The notes: generated by a model not told the origin, from the sequence alone. Counted from the stretch's first letter, positions 9,704 to 19,690 are shown. The stretch: DNA of 64,000 bases from Candidatus Eiseniibacteriota bacterium (GCA_963725865.1 CAVSAC010000010.1:224001-288000); one strand, 5' to 3'. Made by a program: numbers and translations.

Positions 9704-10329
9704 CGGGGCCAGAACCGTTCCGCGTCCCACGACCAGTAGATGAACATCGCGCGGCCCTGGATGAGATCCTTCTTCATCGGTCCCCAGTAGCGGCTGTCGG
9801 CGGAGTTGTCGCGGTTGTCGCCCATCATGAAATACTCGGCGGGCTTCATCGCGAGCGGCGCGAAGTTGTCGCGCACGTCGACCGATGCCGGCACGGTGTC
9901 GCGCGAACTGTGGATCACGTACGGCTCCACGAGCGGCCGGCCATCCACGATCACCTGCTTGTTCCGCTCCTCGATCACCTGCCCGGGGGTCGCGATGCAG
10001 CGCTTGATGTAGTCCTGCCGCGGGTTGAGCGGGTACTGGAACACGATGATGTCGCCGCGGCGCGGCTCGCGGAAGCCCGGCAGGCGGACATGCGTGAACG
10101 GGATCCGCGGGCCGTACTCGAGCTTGTTCACGAACAGGAAGTCGCCGATCAGCAGCGTGTCGAGCATCGACCCGGAGGGGATCACGAACGCCTGGAGCAC
10201 GAACGCGCGCAGCGTGAACGTGATCACGATCACCCACAGCGCGGTCTCGACGTACTCGCGGAGCAGCTGGCGGCCCGCGGGCTTCGCGTTCGCCCGCGAG
10301 CGGGTGCGGGTGGCATCGCGCGCGGCCAT
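9673..10329 (-). CDS. lepB: Signal peptidase I (copy 2)
   Basis: IPSGSM (catalytic Ser), YIKRCI (catalytic Lys), GDNRDNSADSRYWG. Confidence 0.95.
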   Translation of the reverse strand: MAARDATRTRSRANAKPAGRQLLREYVETALWVIVITFTLRAFVLQAFVIPSGSMLDTLLIGDFLFVNKLEYGPRIPFTHVRLPGFREPRRGDIIVFQYPLNPRQDYIKRCIATPGQVIEERNKQVIVDGRPLVEPYVIHSSRDTVPASVDVRDNFAPLAMKPAEYFMMGDNRDNSADSRYWGPMKKDLIQGRAMFIYWSWDAERFWPRWNRLLRIIH

Positions 10330-10432
10330 CAGCGTCCTCCGTTCCGCGCGCGCCGGTCCGTGGTCGGCCGCGCGGCGGGCGCGTGAGCGGCCCGCGGAGC
10401 GCGGTGCCTCCGCGTGGGCGCGACGCGCGGGG

Positions 10433-11044
10433 TCAATGGATGATCTGGAAGATGCGGTTCCATCGTGGCTGGCTCCGATCCGGGTCCCAGGACCAGTAGA
10501 GGAACATCGCCCGCCCCTTGATGAGGTCCTTCCGGAGCGTGCCCCAATAGCGGCTGTCTTTCGAGTTGTCGCGGTTGTCGCCCATCATGAAGTACTCGCC
10601 GGCGTCGACCGCGAAGGGTCCGAAGTTGTCGCGCTCGTCGATCGAGGCCGGCAGGGTGTCCGCCGCGATGTGGATCACGTACGGCTCCACCAGCGCCTGT
10701 CCGTCCACCAGCACCTGCTTGTTCCGCACCGCGAGCACCTGGCCGCCGGTCGCGATGCACCGCTTGATGAAGTCCTGGCTCGGGTTCTCCGGGTACTGGA
10801 ACACGATCACGTCCCCGCGGCGCGGATCCCGCAGCCCCGGCAGGCGGATGTGCGTGAACGGGATCTTGGGTCCGTACTCGAACTTGTTCACGAACAGGAA
10901 GTCGCCCACCAGCAGCGTGTTCAGCATCGACTCGGACGGGATCCGGAACGCCTGGATCACGAAGGCTCGCAGGAACAGCGTGAGCACCAGGGCCCACAGC
11001 GCCGCCTCGACGTACTCCCGGAGCGTGGAACGACTCTCGGACAT
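10433..11044 (-). CDS. lepB: Signal peptidase I (copy 1)
   Basis: Starts MSESRSTLREY; IPSESM, FIKRCI, GDNRDNSKDSRYWG; directly follows lepA. Confidence 0.95.
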   Translation of the reverse strand: MSESRSTLREYVEAALWALVLTLFLRAFVIQAFRIPSESMLNTLLVGDFLFVNKFEYGPKIPFTHIRLPGLRDPRRGDVIVFQYPENPSQDFIKRCIATGGQVLAVRNKQVLVDGQALVEPYVIHIAADTLPASIDERDNFGPFAVDAGEYFMMGDNRDNSKDSRYWGTLRKDLIKGRAMFLYWSWDPDRSQPRWNRIFQIIH

Positions 11045-11052
11045 GGACTCCC

Positions 11053-12861
11053 CTAGCGTTCGACCTTGAGCACCGCGAGGAACGCCTCCTGCGGCACCTC
11101 GACCGTCCCGATCTGCTTCATACGGCGCTTGCCCTCCTTCTGTTTCTCGAGCAGCTTCCGCTTGCGACTGATGTCCCCGCCGTAACATTTCGCGATCACG
11201 TTCTTGCGCAGCGCGCCCTGCGTCTCGCGCGCGATCACCTTGGCCCCGATTGTGGCCTGGATCGCGACCTGGAACATCTGGCGCGGGATGAGCTCCTTGA
11301 GCTTCGCGCAGATGTCGCGTCCCCAGTCGTACGCCTTCTCGCGGTGCACGATCGACGACAGCGCGTCGACCGGGTCTCCGTTCAGCAGGATGTCGAGCTT
11401 GACCACGTCGCCCTCGCGATAGCCGTCGAACTCGTAGTCGAGCGAGGCGTACCCGCGCGAGATGGACTTCAGCCGGTCGTAGAAGTCGAGCACGATCTCG
11501 GCGAGCGGCAGGCGATACGCGATCCGCACCCGCCGCTCCTCGAGGTGGTCCATGCTCACGAAGATCCCGCGGCGGTCCTGGCACAGCTTCATGATGTTGC
11601 CCATGTACTCGGTCGGCGTCAGCACGTGCGCGAGCACGTAGGGCTCCTCGATGCTCTCGATCTGCTGTGCCGGCGGCATCTGGCTCGGATTGTCGACCGT
11701 CGTCAGTTCGCCGTTCGTGAGCAGTACGTGGTATTCCACGCTCGGCGTGGTCGCGATGAGGTCGATCATGAACTCGCGGCGCAGCCGCTCCTGCACGATC
11801 TCGAGGTGGAGCAGGCCCAGGAAGCCGACCCGGAACCCGAATCCCAGCGCCACCGAGGTCTCGGGCTCGAAGATGAGCGAGGCGTCGTTGAGCTGGAGCT
11901 TGGCGAGAGCCTCCTTGAGCGACGCGTACTGCTCGGCGTCGATCGGATAGAGCCCCGAGAACACCATCGGCTTCACCTCGCGGAAGCCGGGCAGCATCTC
12001 GAGCCCCTCGAGGTCCGCCGCGCACATGGTGTCGCCCACCCGCGCGTCGGCGACCGTCTTGACCCCCGCGACGATGAAGCCCACCTCGCCCGCGCTCAGG
12101 GTCTCGGTGGCCTCGAGCTTGAGCCTCAGCCGTCCCACCTCGCCGACCTCGAACACCTTGCCGGTCGAGAGGAACTTGATCCGGTCCCCGGCGCGGACCG
12201 CGCCGTCGACGACGCGGACCAACGCGACCACGCCGCGGTACTGGTCGAACTTCGAGTCGAAGATGAGCGCCCGCAGCGGCGCGTCGGGGTCACCGCCGGG
12301 GGGTGGGATCTCGGCGATCACCTGCTCGAGCAGCTCCTCCACGCCGAGCCCGGACTTGGCGCTGATACGCCGGATCCGTTCCGCGGGGATCCCGGTGGCA
12401 TGCTCCATCTCGAGCGCGGTGTCGTCGGGGTGTGCCGCCGGCAGGTCCACCTTGTTGATGGCGCCCACCAGGGTGAGCCCCTGATCGCGCGCGAGCAGGT
12501 AGTTCGAGAGCGTCTGGGCCTCGATGCCCTGCGAGGCGTCGACCACCAGGATCGCCCCCTCGCAGGCTGCCAGGCTGCGCGAGACCTCGTAGGTGAAATC
12601 GACGTGGCCGGGGGTGTCGATCAGGTTCAGCTCGTACGTCCGGCCGTCGCGCGCGCGGTACTCCATCGCGATCGCGTGCGACTTGATGGTGATGCCCTTC
12701 TCGCGCTCCAGGTCCATGTCGTCGAGCACCTGGGCCTTCATCTGCTGGGGCGTGAGCGTGTGCGTCAGCTCGAGCAGTCGGTCGGCCAGCGTGCTCTTGC
12801 CGTGGTCGATGTGGGCGATGATGCAGAAGTTGCGGATGTGCTGGAGGCGTGGATCGCTCAA
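11053..12861 (-). CDS. lepA: Elongation factor 4
   Basis: [49 protein letters not shown] start overlaps the upstream stop. Confidence 0.98.
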   Translation of the reverse strand: MSDPRLQHIRNFCIIAHIDHGKSTLADRLLELTHTLTPQQMKAQVLDDMDLEREKGITIKSHAIAMEYRARDGRTYELNLIDTPGHVDFTYEVSRSLAACEGAILVVDASQGIEAQTLSNYLLARDQGLTLVGAINKVDLPAAHPDDTALEMEHATGIPAERIRRISAKSGLGVEELLEQVIAEIPPPGGDPDAPLRALIFDSKFDQYRGVVALVRVVDGAVRAGDRIKFLSTGKVFEVGEVGRLRLKLEATETLSAGEVGFIVAGVKTVADARVGDTMCAADLEGLEMLPGFREVKPMVFSGLYPIDAEQYASLKEALAKLQLNDASLIFEPETSVALGFGFRVGFLGLLHLEIVQERLRREFMIDLIATTPSVEYHVLLTNGELTTVDNPSQMPPAQQIESIEEPYVLAHVLTPTEYMGNIMKLCQDRRGIFVSMDHLEERRVRIAYRLPLAEIVLDFYDRLKSISRGYASLDYEFDGYREGDVVKLDILLNGDPVDALSSIVHREKAYDWGRDICAKLKELIPRQMFQVAIQATIGAKVIARETQGALRKNVIAKCYGGDISRKRKLLEKQKEGKRRMKQIGTVEVPQEAFLAVLKVER

Positions 12862-13496
12862 AAGCCCCACCTGAAGGAGACGCGCGCCCCGGGGACGATG
12901 CCGCCGGGAAGCGCCGGGTCGTGCTCGAACTCGAGTCGAAAGTCCTTGAAGTGCGCGTCGACGTACGCATCGAGCACCGCGTACGTCAGCAGCCCGGCGA
13001 GCAGCCATTGACGCCTCACCGAACCATCGAGCCGGTCATTGTAGCGTGCGATGAGCGCATTCTCACGCTCGATGTCGCCCGCGGCCCGCGCGGCCGCGAC
13101 CTCCTGGTCGAGGTCGGACAGCCCGCGCTGGTCCTCCAGCAGGCGCGCGCCCAACCAACCCTCGCCGGTCGCGACCGCCGCCGCCTTGAGCCACGAGCCG
13201 TTGTGCAGCTGTCCCCAGCCGGGCACCACGAGCGAACGCAGCATCACCCAGCGCGGTTGATCGAAGTAGTGCGGGTGCTCGCGCTCGTCGCGTTCGCGCG
13301 CGCGTGTGGCGCTCAGCGCCCGGGCTCGCGCGCTGGTGTCGGCACTCGCCGCGCTGTCCGCCGCCGCCGCGTCCGCGAGGCTGTCGCGGAGCGCGGGCGC
13401 CGGGCGGCGATCCGCGGCGCGCACCGCGGCGCTGTCGGCGGCGGCGAGCGCGCTCGCCGCCGTGGGCGCGGCGGCCGCCGCGCCCACCGGAGCCAT
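12858..13496 (-). CDS. DUF5683-like membrane or exported protein; start uncertain (frame open to 13667 through tRNA-Sec)
   Basis: [16 protein letters not shown] and [10 protein letters not shown] motifs; C-terminal aromatic strand VSFRWGF. Confidence 0.7.
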   Translation of the reverse strand: MAPVGAAAAAPTAASALAAADSAAVRAADRRPAPALRDSLADAAAADSAASADTSARARALSATRARERDEREHPHYFDQPRWVMLRSLVVPGWGQLHNGSWLKAAAVATGEGWLGARLLEDQRGLSDLDQEVAAARAAGDIERENALIARYNDRLDGSVRRQWLLAGLLTYAVLDAYVDAHFKDFRLEFEHDPALPGGIVPGARVSFRWGF

Positions 13497-13532
13497 CAAC
13501 AGCAGGAACGTCAGGAGCGCCGTGGCGCAGGA

Positions 13533-13630
13533 TGGCGGGAACGTGTGGGAATCGAACCCACCTCGGACGCTGCACGCGCCCGACCGCAGGATTTGAAGTC
13601 CCCGGGGCCCACCAGGACCCATCCATTCCC
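13533..13630 (-). tRNA. selC: tRNA-Sec (anticodon UCA)
   Basis: GGGAATG acceptor pairs with CGTTCCC-GCCA; 6-bp D stem GGGTCC-TGGT-GGGCCC; loop CT-TCA-AA; long variable arm TCGGGCGC/GCGTCCGA; T arm GTGGG-TTCGATT-CCCAC; adjacent to selD. Confidence 0.95.
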
Positions 13631-13663
13631 CCGTCGACCGCGCGCGCGGCCGTTCCCGCACGC

Positions 13664-14719
13664 TCATGATGCCACGAGTTCGACGAGCCGCGCGGAGCGC
13701 GCCACCGCCTCGCCGGCCTCGATGGCCACGTTGCGGCGGCGGTGGAGCCGGCGGAGCAGCTCGGGCGCCCGCCGCGCGGGGACCGCGAGCAGCAGGCCAC
13801 CGGAGGTCTGCGGGTCGTACAGCGCCTGCAGCAGGGGTTCGGCCAGCCCGCCCTCGTCGATGCGCCCGCCGAAGAACGAGCGGTTCTTGCCCAGTCCGCC
13901 CGGCACGACCCCGGCCGCCGCCAGCTCGAGCACCCGCGGCAGGAACCAGCGCGGCCCGGGGCGCAGCCGCAGCGTCACCCCGCTCGCCTCGGCGAGCTGC
14001 GAGGCGTGCCCGAGAAGACCGAAACCGGTCACGTCGGTGGCGGCGCGCGCGCCGAACTCCACCGCCAGCTCGGAGGCGGCACGATTCAGCGTGCGCATGA
14101 CGCGGGTGACGCGCTGGGCCACCGTGCCCTCGAGGCGCTGGTTCTTGATCGCGGTCGACAGGATCCCGGTGCCGAGCGGCTTGGTGAGCACCAGGCGATC
14201 GCCCGGCCGCGCGCCCGCGTTCGTCAGCAGGTCGCGCCGCCGCGCGATGCCCGTCACGGCGTAGCCGAACTTGAGCTCCGGATCCCGCACGGAATGGCCG
14301 CCGATGATGCTGCAGCCGGCCTGGTGCATGGCGTCCTGGCCACCCCGCAGGATCTCGCGCAGGACCGCGGAGTCGGTGCCGTCGGGCACGCACAGCAGCG
14401 CGAGCGCGGTGAGCGGACGCCCGCCCATGGCGTACACGTCCGACAGCGCGTTGGCCGCCGCGATGCGCCCGTAGTCGTACGGGTCGTCGACGATGGGAGT
14501 GAAGAAATCCACGGTCTGCACCAGCGCTTCGCCGCGGCCGAGCGCGAACACGCCCGCGTCGTCGAGGGTGGACTGATCCACCAGCACGCGCCGGTCGCGC
14601 TTCATCGGGGGCAGCCCCCGCAGCACGTCACGCAGGTCCGCCGGACCCAGCTTCGACGCTCAACCGGCACAGGCCACCTGCGCCGTCAGGCGCACCTCGA
14701 TGCGCCGTCGCTCGCTCAT
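13664..14719 (-). CDS. selD: Selenide, water dikinase SelD; selenoprotein with in-frame UGA at 14660-14662
   Basis: MSERRRIEVRLTAQVACAG-U-ASKLGP continues in frame into DDAGV, TVDFFTPIVDDPY, NALSDVYAMGG, TDVTGFGLLGH and DPQTSGGLL. Confidence 0.95.
14634..14648 (-). promoter_or_regulatory. Candidate SECIS hairpin of selD
   Basis: GGGUCC-GGC-GGACCU hairpin begins 11 nt after the in-frame UGA. Confidence 0.6.
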
Positions 14720-14747
14720 CGCGGCACCCTCGCCGGCGAGCTCGCGA

Positions 14748-15149
14748 TCAATGGTCGCGGCCGATGGCGACGCAATCGATCTCGACCCGAGCGCCCCGCG
14801 GCAGCCCCGCCGCCGCGATCGTCGTGCGGGCGGGCAGCGAAGCACCGAGATGCTTCGCGTACACCTCGTTCATGGACTGGAAGTCGGCCATGTCGGCGAG
14901 GTAGACGGTGGTCTTCACGACCTCGTCCAGCCCCACCCCGGCGCCCGCGAGCACCGCCTTCAGGTTCTGGAACACGCGCTCGGTCTGCTCGGCGATCCCG
15001 CCCGCCACCAGCTGCCCGCTGGCCGGATCGAGCGCGATCTGTCCGGCCGTGAACACCATGCGATTGCCGCCGTGCAGCCGCACGACCTGCGCCTGGCTGT
15101 ACGGTCCGATGGCCGCCGGCGCATCCGAGACGCTCACCGCGCTCTTCAC
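14748..15149 (-). CDS. ridA: RidA/YjgF family reactive intermediate deaminase
   Basis: APAAIGPYSQA, AGQIALDP, VVKTTVYL, PARTT, LPRGARVEID. Confidence 0.92.
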   Translation of the reverse strand: MKSAVSVSDAPAAIGPYSQAQVVRLHGGNRMVFTAGQIALDPASGQLVAGGIAEQTERVFQNLKAVLAGAGVGLDEVVKTTVYLADMADFQSMNEVYAKHLGASLPARTTIAAAGLPRGARVEIDCVAIGRDH

Positions 15150-15174
15150 GCTTCCCTCCTGGACTCGCGCGCCG

Positions 15175-17007
15175 TCACTCGACGGTGACGCTCTTGGCGA
15201 GGTTGCGGGGCTGGTCGACGTCGCACCCGCGCGCCACCGCCACGTGGTAGGCGAGCAGCTGCAGCGGGATGACCGAGAGCATGGGCTGGATCATCGGGGC
15301 CGCCGCCGGCACGTACAGCACGTGGTTGGCATGGTTCGCGACCTCGGTGTCCCCTTCGGTGGCGATCGCGATGATGCGCCCCCGCCGCGCCCGCACCTCC
15401 TGCATGTTGCTCATCACCTTCTCGTACGCGCTGTCCCTCGTGCAGATGAACACCACCGGCATGTTCTCGTCGATGAGAGCGATCGGCCCGTGCTTCATCT
15501 CCGCGGCCGGGTACCCTTCGGCGTGGATGTACGAGATCTCCTTGAGCTTCAGCGCGCCTTCCAGCGCGACCGGGAAGTTGTAGCCGCGCCCGAGGTAGAT
15601 GAAGTTGTCGTGGTGGCGCACCTGATCCGCGATGCGCTTCACCTCGTCGCTGCGATCGAGGATGCGCTGGATCTTGGCCGGCACGGAGTCGAGCTCGCGC
15701 GCCAGCGTGATGCCGGTCTCGCGCGCGAGCTCGCGCTGGCGACCGAGCGCGAGCGTGAGCAGCGCCAGCACCGTGACCTGGCTCGTGAACGCCTTGGTCG
15801 ACGCGACGCCGATCTCGGGGCCGGCGTGGATGTACACGCCGCCGTTCGACTCCCGCGCGATGGTCGAGCCGACCACGTTCACGATCCCGAGCGAGCGGGC
15901 GCCCTTGCGCTGCGCCTCCCGCATCGCGGCCAGCGTGTCGGCGGTCTCGCCCGATTGCGAGATGACCAGCACCGCGGTGCCTTCGTCGACGATCGGATTG
16001 CGGTAGCGGAACTCCGACGCGTACTCGACCTCGACCGGCACCCGCGCGAACTCCTCGAGCATGTACTCGCCGATCAGCCCGGCGTGCCACGACGTGCCGC
16101 AGCCCAGGATGATGATGCGCTTGATCTCGCGCAGCTCCTCGGCGCGCATGTTGAGACCGCCCAGCCGCGCCAGTCCCTCGGTCAGATTGAGCCGGCCGCG
16201 CATCGCGTTCCGCACCGAGTCGGGCTGCTCGAAGATCTCCTTCAGCATGAAGTGCTCGTAGCCGCCCTTCTCGATCTGCGAGAGGTCCCACTCGACCTCG
16301 TGCACCGCTTTGTCCACCGGGACGTTCGCGATGGTCGCGGTGTGGAAGCCGTCGGGCGACAGCACCGCCATCTCGCCGTCGTCGAGGTAGACCACCTGGC
16401 GCGTGTGCTCGACGATCGGCGCCACGTCCGAGGCGAGGAAGTACTCGCCATCGGCGATGCCCACCACCAGCGGGCTGCCCTTGCGCGCGCCCACCACGGT
16501 GCCGGGCTCGTCGGCCGACATCACCGCGATTCCGTAAGTCCCTTCGACATCCGCCAGCGCCTTGCCCACCGCCTGCTCGAGCTTCATCCCCCGCTTCTTG
16601 TACTTCGAAACCAGGTACGTCAGCACCTCGGTGTCGGTCTGCGTGCGGAAGCGATAGCCCTCCGCCTCGAGCGCGCTCTTGAGCGTGCTGTAGTTCTCGA
16701 TGATGCCGTTGTGGACCAGCGCGATGCGGCCGTCGGGGTCGGTGTGCGGGTGCGCGTTGAGGTCGTTCGGCTCGCCGTGGGTGGCCCAGCGCGTGTGCGC
16801 GATGCCCTGCTGTGCGGCGTGCGGTTCGCACCCGATGCGTGCCTCGAGCTCGCGGATCTTGCCGGCCGCCTTGATGACGCGCAGGCCTCCGTTCTCCTGC
16901 AGCGCCACGCCGGCCGAGTCGTAGCCGCGGTACTCCAGCCGCTTGAGCCCCTCGACCAGGATGCCCAGACACGCCCGGTGTCCGACGTAGCCGACGATGC
17001 CACACAT
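15175..17007 (-). CDS. glmS: Glutamine--fructose-6-phosphate aminotransferase
   Basis: MCGIVG start with RBS AAGGAG; LEYRGYDSAG, HTRWATHG, SQSGETADT, PRNLAKSVTVE. Confidence 0.98.
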   Translation of the reverse strand: MCGIVGYVGHRACLGILVEGLKRLEYRGYDSAGVALQENGGLRVIKAAGKIRELEARIGCEPHAAQQGIAHTRWATHGEPNDLNAHPHTDPDGRIALVHNGIIENYSTLKSALEAEGYRFRTQTDTEVLTYLVSKYKKRGMKLEQAVGKALADVEGTYGIAVMSADEPGTVVGARKGSPLVVGIADGEYFLASDVAPIVEHTRQVVYLDDGEMAVLSPDGFHTATIANVPVDKAVHEVEWDLSQIEKGGYEHFMLKEIFEQPDSVRNAMRGRLNLTEGLARLGGLNMRAEELREIKRIIILGCGTSWHAGLIGEYMLEEFARVPVEVEYASEFRYRNPIVDEGTAVLVISQSGETADTLAAMREAQRKGARSLGIVNVVGSTIARESNGGVYIHAGPEIGVASTKAFTSQVTVLALLTLALGRQRELARETGITLARELDSVPAKIQRILDRSDEVKRIADQVRHHDNFIYLGRGYNFPVALEGALKLKEISYIHAEGYPAAEMKHGPIALIDENMPVVFICTRDSAYEKVMSNMQEVRARRGRIIAIATEGDTEVANHANHVLYVPAAAPMIQPMLSVIPLQLLAYHVAVARGCDVDQPRNLAKSVTVE

Positions 17008-17029
17008 CGTGTCCACTCCTTCCGGCCGG

Positions 17030-17180
17030 GGGCCCCGGCCCGCCTCGCCGCGGCCGCCCGTGGGGGCGGCGCCGGCGGTACGAGGCTGCGTGCGCTGTCG
17101 CGTCCGGTCACCGACCGGGTGCGACCCACGCTCTGCGCGATCCAGCTCTACCCTCGTCGGTCTCTTCAAGGACCGTGCCG
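17030..17180 (-). ncRNA. Structured glmS 5' leader, candidate divergent glmS ribozyme
   Basis: Hairpin CGGUC/GACCG followed by GACGAGG...AUCG...CGUGGGU, then a CCGGUC/GACCGG hairpin and further long stems. Only a partial match to the consensus. Confidence 0.35.
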
Positions 17181-17293
17181 CCGCCGCCATCGCGACCGGC
17201 CACGGAGTCGTCGCATGTCCGCTCACCGCGCCGTGCACGTCGACGACCGGTGCGCGGGCAACTGCGCTGCTCCTAGGACTGCAAGTCGCAGCG

Positions 17294-17322
17294 ACTATAG
17301 GGGAGGCTCGAAGGGCAGTCCA
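17294..17322 (-). promoter_or_regulatory. sigma-70-type promoter for glmS, implying a leader of about 280 nt
   Basis: Minus strand TGGACT-N17-TATAGT. Confidence 0.55.
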
Positions 17323-17521
17323 GCATCCCGGCCCCCGCTCGCGAACCCGGCCAGCGGCGGCGCAGCGGGCCGCGGCGGGCCGGGCGGAACACGAGCGGCA
17401 GCGGCTCGATCCGCCTCCTCGCCGCACGGCCCCGAACGACAGAGGCCGGCGCCGAGCGCGCATCGCGCGTCCCGCGCCGGCCCAAGCCGGTGGGCCCGGG
17501 CGCCGCAGGGCCCGGAATGTC

Positions 17522-17597
17522 TGGAGCTGGTGACCGGAATCGAACCGGTGACCCCTTCATTACGAGTGAAGTGCTCTACCAGCTGAGCTACACCAGC
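17522..17597 (-). tRNA. tRNA-Thr (CGU)
   Basis: GCTGGTGTAGCTCAGCTGGTAGAGCA-CTTCA-CTCGTAA-TGAAG...GGTTCGATTCC...CACCAGCTCCA, 76 nt. Confidence 0.97.
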
Positions 17598-17657
17598 TCC
17601 GCGAAACCGGGTGCCCGGGCGCGTGCGCCCACCCGCGCGTCGGACCGCACAAGAGAA

Positions 17658-17733
17658 TGGTGCGACCCCCCAGAATCGAACTGGGGACACCGTGATTTTC
17701 AGTCACGTGCTCTACCAACTGAGCTAGGGTCGC
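17658..17733 (-). tRNA. tRNA-Phe (GAA)
   Basis: GCGACCCTAGCTCAGTTGGTAGAGCA-CGTGA-CTGAAAA-TCACG...GTTCGATTC...GGGTCGCACCA, 76 nt. Confidence 0.97.
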
Positions 17734-17851
17734 ACCCACACCATGGGATCGGATCCTGCGTCCAGACCCTGCCCCGAGGCGGCATCTGTCTATCATGCCG
17801 TCGCAAGAGGCGTCAACCCGCCCGACCGCGCCAGTCGCGGTCCGAGTGACC

Positions 17852-19690
17852 TCACGCCCCCGCTGCCCCGCGCCGGTCGGCCCGCCGCTGGCGGCGGTCG
17901 ACACCGGGATGGCGACGATCCTGGTTCTCGGCCACCGGCAGCGTGAACGACACCACGTTGCTCCAGTCGCCCTCGGCGCGCACGCGGATCTCGCCGCCGT
18001 GGTCGCGGATGATGCGTTGCGCCACGGCCAGTCCGACATTGGTCTGCGGCGAGGGCCCGCTGGCGAAGGCCTGGAACAGCTGCTCCATGAGGTCGCCCGG
18101 TGCGCGCGGCCCATCGTGCCCGATCTCGACCTGCACGTACGCGCCGGCGCGCCGCGACTCCACCCGCACCCGGCCGCCGATCGGAACCGCCTCGAGCGCG
18201 TGCGAGAGGAGATTGCCGATCACCTGGCGCAGGCGCTCGGGATCGATCAAGAGCGCCGGCAGGTCGGGCGCCAGCCGCTTGAGCAACCGGATGCGACGTC
18301 GCACCAGCGTCTCGCCCGCCGCCTGCAGGACCTCCTGCACCGACTGGTTCACGCGCTCGACCGTCAGCCGCGCCGGTTCTGGCGGCGCGTCGGCGAGCGT
18401 CTCGGCCATCATGCGCTCGAGCCGCGCCACCTCGCGCAGCACGATCTCGAGCGCCTCGCGCTGCACGTCGTCGGGTGCCAGGGCGCGGTGGACGCGACGC
18501 GCGAACGCCGCGATCGAGGCCAGCGGGTGGCGCGCCTCCTGGGCGGTCCGCAACGCGCTCTCGCCGAGCGCGGCGAGGCGCTCCTCGCGCACGAGCCGCA
18601 CGCGCAGCTCGTGCTCGCGCTGCCCCAGCCGGCGCCCGGCGGCGTCGCGCTCGGCGAGCTCCACGGTGTGCGCGGCGAGTCCGGCCAGCGTGTCGAGAAA
18701 CGCAACGTCGCCGGCATCGAAGACTGCCGGCGCGCCGACGAACGCCGGCGTGCGGTCGTAGGCCGCCAGCGCGCCCAGCGCCCGGCCCTGCGAGAGGAGC
18801 GGGATCACGATCACCGACGTCAGCGCTGCCGCGTGTTCCGGCGTGAGTCGCGGATCGTCGGTGACCCGGTCGAGCACCACGGGCCGCTGCCGCGCCATCG
18901 CATCGGCGACCAGGGGACCGAGACCGGCCGCCGCGCGCTCCCGCCGGCCAGCGGGGCCGTGCGTGACCTCCAGCCGCGAGCCGCCGTCCTCGCCCCCCAG
19001 CCACACCGCCGCACCGGTCGCGGCGGCGCCCAGGGCGGCGAGCCTCACGATGCGATGGAACGCCTCCGCGCGATGCGCCAGGGCCGCGGTATTGCGCACG
19101 AACTCCGCGAGCGCGGTGGTCTGGTCCTCGCGGCGCCGCGCGCGGTCATGCCCATCGCGCGCGTCGAGCACCGCCGTCGCGAGCGCGGCCTCCGACTGCA
19201 ATGCCGCCAGCTCCTCCGGTCGCGCGCCGCGTTCGGTCCACGCTCCGACCAGCACGCCCCAGCGCCGGCCACCGCGCCGCAGAGCGACCGCTCCGATCCG
19301 CGCAGCGCCGTACCACGGCAATCCGGGCGCCGATGCCCCGCCCGCCACCGCGGCGCCGCTCGTCCACGCCTCGAGCACGATCCGATCGAGCCGCGCTTCC
19401 GCGAGGGTCACGCGACTCCACGCGCGCGCCGCCTCACGCTGCCCGCTCCGCTCGGACTCGATCGCGCTCGCGGTCGACACTCCGATCAGGTGCAGCTCCT
19501 GCGGATCCCACGCCAGCAGCCAGGCCCGCGTGAAACCCGGGCCCCCCGCCTCGACCGCATGCGCGGCGACCGCCGGCTCGAGCTCGCCGCCGGCGAACGC
19601 CGCCACCACGAGAGCGGAATGGGCGCTGGCGATCATGGCCGCGGATGGCTCCGAGCGGCTGAGGGGATCAGGGGCAGGACGTGGTTCCAT
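17852..19690 (-). CDS. GAF-GAF-HisKA-HATPase sensor-kinase-like protein with degenerate catalytic motifs
   Basis: GAF motifs (SVIVIPLLSQGRALGAL, FDAGDVAFLDTLA); ERLAALGE...AQEARHPL; DPERLRQVIGNLLSHA; GLAVAQRIIRDHGGEI. Confidence 0.85.
   Translation of the reverse strand: MEPRPAPDPLSRSEPSAAMIASAHSALVVAAFAGGELEPAVAAHAVEAGGPGFTRAWLLAWDPQELHLIGVSTASAIESERSGQREAARAWSRVTLAEARLDRIVLEAWTSGAAVAGGASAPGLPWYGAARIGAVALRRGGRRWGVLVGAWTERGARPEELAALQSEAALATAVLDARDGHDRARRREDQTTALAEFVRNTAALAHRAEAFHRIVRLAALGAAATGAAVWLGGEDGGSRLEVTHGPAGRRERAAAGLGPLVADAMARQRPVVLDRVTDDPRLTPEHAAALTSVIVIPLLSQGRALGALAAYDRTPAFVGAPAVFDAGDVAFLDTLAGLAAHTVELAERDAAGRRLGQREHELRVRLVREERLAALGESALRTAQEARHPLASIAAFARRVHRALAPDDVQREALEIVLREVARLERMMAETLADAPPEPARLTVERVNQSVQEVLQAAGETLVRRRIRLLKRLAPDLPALLIDPERLRQVIGNLLSHALEAVPIGGRVRVESRRAGAYVQVEIGHDGPRAPGDLMEQLFQAFASGPSPQTNVGLAVAQRIIRDHGGEIRVRAEGDWSNVVSFTLPVAENQDRRHPGVDRRQRRADRRGAAGA

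Noticed and set aside
17008..17463. In-frame N-terminal extension of glmS, and a short Arg-rich uORF (MRRLRGRSRWRRRHGP) in the leader
   Set aside because: GlmS needs an N-terminal Cys and MCGIVG has its own strong RBS. The uORF has no support beyond chance.
13533..17733. tRNA genes as island or prophage integration sites
   Set aside because: I saw no integrase, no duplicated tRNA 3' end and no compositional shift.
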